Assembly (NCBI GenBank): GCA_002269645.1
Contig: NIVC01000133.1
Coordinates: 1 to 64,000 of the forward strand
Direction of reading: 5' to 3'
Origin: Macrostomum lignano
Taxonomy: Eukaryota
DNA: 64,000 bases
This document shows positions 60,246-64,000 of this stretch, piece after piece. A program made the translations under genes and the position numbers. The notes under the pieces are model-generated. The model saw only the letters and a list, made by a program, of their open reading frames with translations. It ran no database searches and was not told the origin of the DNA. Every line of letters starts with the position of its first letter. Position 1 is the first letter of the stretch.

Positions 60246-61523
60246 GTCTCCTAAATCATCAGACTCAGATTACAAATCTAGATGTGTACTCTTAATTGTA
60301 TCTATTCAAAAATCAATTAGGCATTAGTAGTTCTCCCTTCGCTTCCATGTTTTCCTTGTTATTTACGAGGTATTCACTAATGTCGGTCGAAATTCTCTTT
60401 ACTTTCACACCTATCTCTTCTGTCTCATTCATCTTTCGATATTGCCGGAGCGGATGGCAGCACTAGAAAGAAAATGTAAATAGGGCATCGGCGGTCCCTG
60501 TCCACTCTGTCAGTTAAATTTGTCTTTGTGGATTTGCTTTTTTCAATTTTGATTTGTTTGCTTTTCATACCATTACCAGGCTTAATGGTTTAACTGGCTC
60601 CCTCTGGCGCCTGCGGGCAGTTATAACCAATTATTTAATGGCTTATGTTCACCGCTGTCTTTGTTGCCTAGCCTAGGATTGGTAACATTTTAGCTTGTTT
60701 GCATATCTTCAATACGAGCATCTCTAGACATGTCCAAAGTTGACGCCGAATCTTCAAGATTCATTTTTTATACGTGTTTGCTTCATAAAGACGGCTCGCC
60801 ACGTGGCGAGAATTTATCGCAGTGACCCCTTCCCCAGTTCAGTTTGAAAAATGTCCCGCCTGCACTACTCGCCGCAAGTAGAACTCTCTTTTGCTCACGC
60901 ATGTCTCAGCATGACCTTGTCACCCAGTGCTCCTCTAGATAAAGGTTTATACCGTTTATGATGATGCTAAGCCATTGTATCTGTTGTTATTTTCTATACC
61001 CTCCCAATCGCCAATGACTGCTTAGCTTTGTCTAATTCATTACCTCAGGTGACCCCCGCGCCCCGGCTTATATTTGTTTAGATGCGACACTTGTCAAACA
61101 ACTGACCAAGGGTGACTTGGTTCTTTCTCTACGCATCCGGGTGGTCTTGGGTCCCTGCGTGTTTAACCAACCAACCGCAAGCAACCAAGCTTTAATTATC
61201 TACTAATATTATAACATGTGCTCTCCTTTGTCTGTTAGCGCGTGAGCTAGTGGTTTTTTCACAATAAAAACAATATAATATGAACTATACATAATAATTA
61301 CACTACTACTGCTCTCTTTCTGCCTATATGAATGGCTCAGTCTGATGCGGCTCTCGGCGTTAAAAAATCATTATTAGAGAATATGCCTTTATTATTTCAT
61401 TGATAATAATTTTTATTTATGCTACTTAAGTTTGAATTAACTTGACAGTGCTTCAAATGCAACATAGGCAGGCCAAGATCGAAAGGTCTTTCAAAACAAT
61501 TGTTAAAGCTTTTTAGATTGTTA

Positions 61524-63474
61524 TTAAGTCTGACGCTTTTGCAAGCCGCCCTCGTCAATCTGCTTGTCCAGGTATTCATCAATAGCGGTGCTGAACTGCG
61601 GTCGCGTCGGTTTGCCTTTGTACTTTTTGCGCAGCCTCTGCTGCATGCCAACCTCCATAGCGTACCGGTCCGGCATCTTTGGCCGTTGAATGTCCAACAG
61701 AGGCGGCTCGATCAAAAGCTCCTGTGCGTGCGGCAGGCTGGTACCCGAGGCGTAGTCGCCGAACGGGTCAGCTGGCAGGGGCCGGCCGCCGCTGTACAGG
61801 CTGTAGTCGTAGAAGCGAAACGGCACAGGCGCTTCCAAGTAGCTGGAGTCGAATGCCTTCTCAACCTCGAGTTGCAGCTTATCGTATTGGTGCTTGCACA
61901 CTTGCACCTTGCCTACGCCCAGCAGCAGGCCCGACTGCGGGTCCAGGAACTGCACTAGCAGGTCACTGTGGCGATAGTCCAGCACGAGGTACTCGTCTCT
62001 GAATTGGGCAGGGTGGGCGGCCTTAATTGGAGGCCCAACTGGCTGGGCGATTCTAAAGGAGGATGAACTGGCTGGGCGATTCTTAAGGAGGATGAACTGG
62101 CTGGGCGATTCCTAATGAGGATAAACTGGCTGGGCGATTCCTAATGAGGATGAACTGGCTGGGCGATTCTTAAGGAGGATGAACTGGCTGGGCGATTCTT
62201 AATGAGGATGAACTGGCTGGGCGATTCCTAATGAGGATGAACTGGCTGGGCGATTCTTAATGAGGATGAACTGGCTGGGCGATTCCTAATGAGGATGAAC
62301 TGGCTGGGCGATTCCTAATGAGGATGAACTGGCTGGGCGATTCCTAATGAGGATAAACTGGCTGGGCGATTCTTAATGAGGATGAACTGGCTGGGCGATT
62401 CCTAATGAGGATGAACTGGCTGGGCGATTCCTAATGAGGATAAACTGGCTGGGCGATTCTTAATGAGGATGAACTGGCTGGGCGATTCCTAATGAGGATG
62501 AACTGGCTGGGCGATTCCTAATGAGGATGAACTGGCTGGGCGATTATTAATGAGGATGAACTGGCTGGGCGATTCTTAATGAGGATGAACTGGCTGGGCG
62601 ATTCCTAATGAGGATGAACTGGCTGGGCGATTCCTAATGAGGATGAACTGGCTGGGCGATTCTTAATGAGGATGAACTGGCTGGGCGATTCCTAATGAGG
62701 ATGAACTGGCTGGGCGATTCCTAATGAGGATAAACTGGCTGGGCGATTCTTAATGAGGATGAACTGGCTGGGCGATTCCTAATGAGGATGAACTGGCTGG
62801 GCGATTCCTAATGAGGATGAACTGGCTGGGCGATTATTAATGAGGATGAACTGGCTGGGCGATTCTTAATGAGGATAAACTGGCTGGGCGATTCTTAATG
62901 AGGATGAACTGGCTGGGCGATTCTTAATGAGGATGAACTGGCTGGGCGATTATTAATGAGGATGAACTGGCTGGGCGATTATTAATGAGGATGAACTGGC
63001 TGGGCGATTATTAATGAGGATGAACTGGCTGGGCGATTCTTAAGGATTATTTTGGAATGGCAGCCAGCCAGCCGCCTGCACCATCACCGCAGCACTGACT
63101 GACCTGCACAGGGGACAGGGATTGGCCCGGATGTAGACGCCCTCGGTATTGAAACAGCGCTGCCGCGGCTTAGACGCTTCAAAGGAGCCGCGCAGATTGC
63201 GCCTATAGTGGAACCAGACCGGCCGTTCGCCGTAGACCTCCTTGTAGGCTGCGCTAGCCATGTAGCGCAGGCTCTCGTCCAGCGTTCTCGGCGTGTACTG
63301 CGCGTACTTTACTGGTGGATTGCGCGAGCCGAGACGCTTGTTCCTGCCTGTGCCGACGCCTTCACCGTCGCCTGATGGCTGCGTGCACAGGGCCTGGGCC
63401 AGGCGGAGCCGGGGCAGCGGCAGAGCCAAGGTGGGCTGCTGCGCCGCTGGTAAAATTCGTCTGAGTGCCGACCA
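61524..63474 (-). CDS. MRPS18B: Mitochondrial ribosomal protein S18b (mS40); exons 63474-63104 and 61998-61524; initiator codon not found in the genomic frame
   Basis: YMASAAYKEVYGERPVWFHYRRNLRG..RQRC..NPCPLCR|DEYLVLDYRHSDLLVQF..VCKHQYDKLQLEVEKAFD matches the S18b family as recalled. A phase-2 donor GTCAGT at 63103 joins acceptor ATTCAG at 61999. Confidence 0.9.
62037..63046. repeat. 29-bp minisatellite (GGATGAACTGGCTGGGCGATTCCTAATGA), ~35 copies, about 91% of the MRPS18B intron
   Basis: Direct tandem units with CCT/CTT/ATT and GATG/GATA variants. Confidence 0.97.
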
Positions 63475-63928
63475 CTGCAAGCAGTGATTTGCTTAAGTTT
63501 ATTTTGAATTTTTTGATCCCAGGCCACACAGATTAACTAATTAGCTACATAGTACTGTTGGCACACAATGATTATAAACTATAATACAATAATAAGATAC
63601 TGTGTATATTAAAATATATTACATTATATGCTTTTCCTAATTAAAGAAAATATCAGGAAAATATTGGAGTTAGCAGAACAGTCATAGGAAATTCCATGAA
63701 AATTCTGTGGCTAGTTCAGCTACAGTAGAGATAAACCAATAAGGCGTGTTCTAATCTTAACAGTTAAAGTTGTTAATCTATCAATATTTATGCTAGTTTA
63801 AGGTCATATTTTTCTTTATTTCTTATTTTATATACTTTTAAGACTAGAAACATTGTTATATGCTTTTGATCTTTTTATTGTTTTTTTTACTGATTTCACT
63901 AAGAATATAGTTCATCCATCCTCTAGAA

Positions 63929-64000
63929 CCAGCGTGCCCAACGCTGCGCGGAAAATCCCAAACTGCCGCGCTGCGCGGAAATTTTTTGCCGCTGACAAAA
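63929..64000. mobile_element. Possible left end of a hAT-like element cut by the window edge
   Basis: CCAGCGTGCCCAAC resembles a hAT/Charlie TIR start. It is preceded by CTCTAGAA (nnnTAnnn) and followed by a repeated GCGCTGCGCGGAAA. Confidence 0.3.

Noticed and set aside
55818-60327. Pro/Ser/Leu-rich ORFs at 55818-56584, 58064-58637 and 59804-60327 (also 10888-11238)
   Set aside because: These are read-throughs of minisatellites that cycle through all three frames; the first two lie inside introns of the PAS gene model.

Overview
Eukaryotic (metazoan) genomic DNA with GT-AG introns, AT-rich intergenic DNA and GC-rich exons. Introns filled with minisatellites, plus a gene that seems to need a spliced-leader AUG, suggest a flatworm such as Macrostomum; this is inference and was not checked against a database. 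Four protein-coding genes can be rebuilt by hand with phase-consistent junctions. (1) RNF217-type RBR E3 ligase on + (3080-5286). (2) A gene of at least 36 kb on - (at least 8306-44787) encoding about 9,950 aa or more. It has one galectin-fold domain at the N-terminal end and four at the C-terminal end, flanking one ~27 kb exon built from ~66 copies of a 77-aa acidic unit and 14 copies of a 234-aa cassette. Ten single-base deletions break that exon in this assembly. (3) A compact 451-aa PAS-A/PAS-B protein with two LxxLL motifs, resembling a bHLH-less p160/NCOA coactivator, on + (55323-59609). (4) MRPS18B on - (61524-63474), with no genomic in-frame ATG ahead of its transit peptide. Between genes 2 and 3 is a decayed Mutator/NOF-like transposase carrying Ulp1-like protease and PHD motifs. 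There are also many tandem arrays, two tRNA-derived SINE-like heads and MITE remnants. There is no CRISPR array, rRNA or intact tRNA. All domain calls come from reading motifs by eye and need HMM or structure confirmation.
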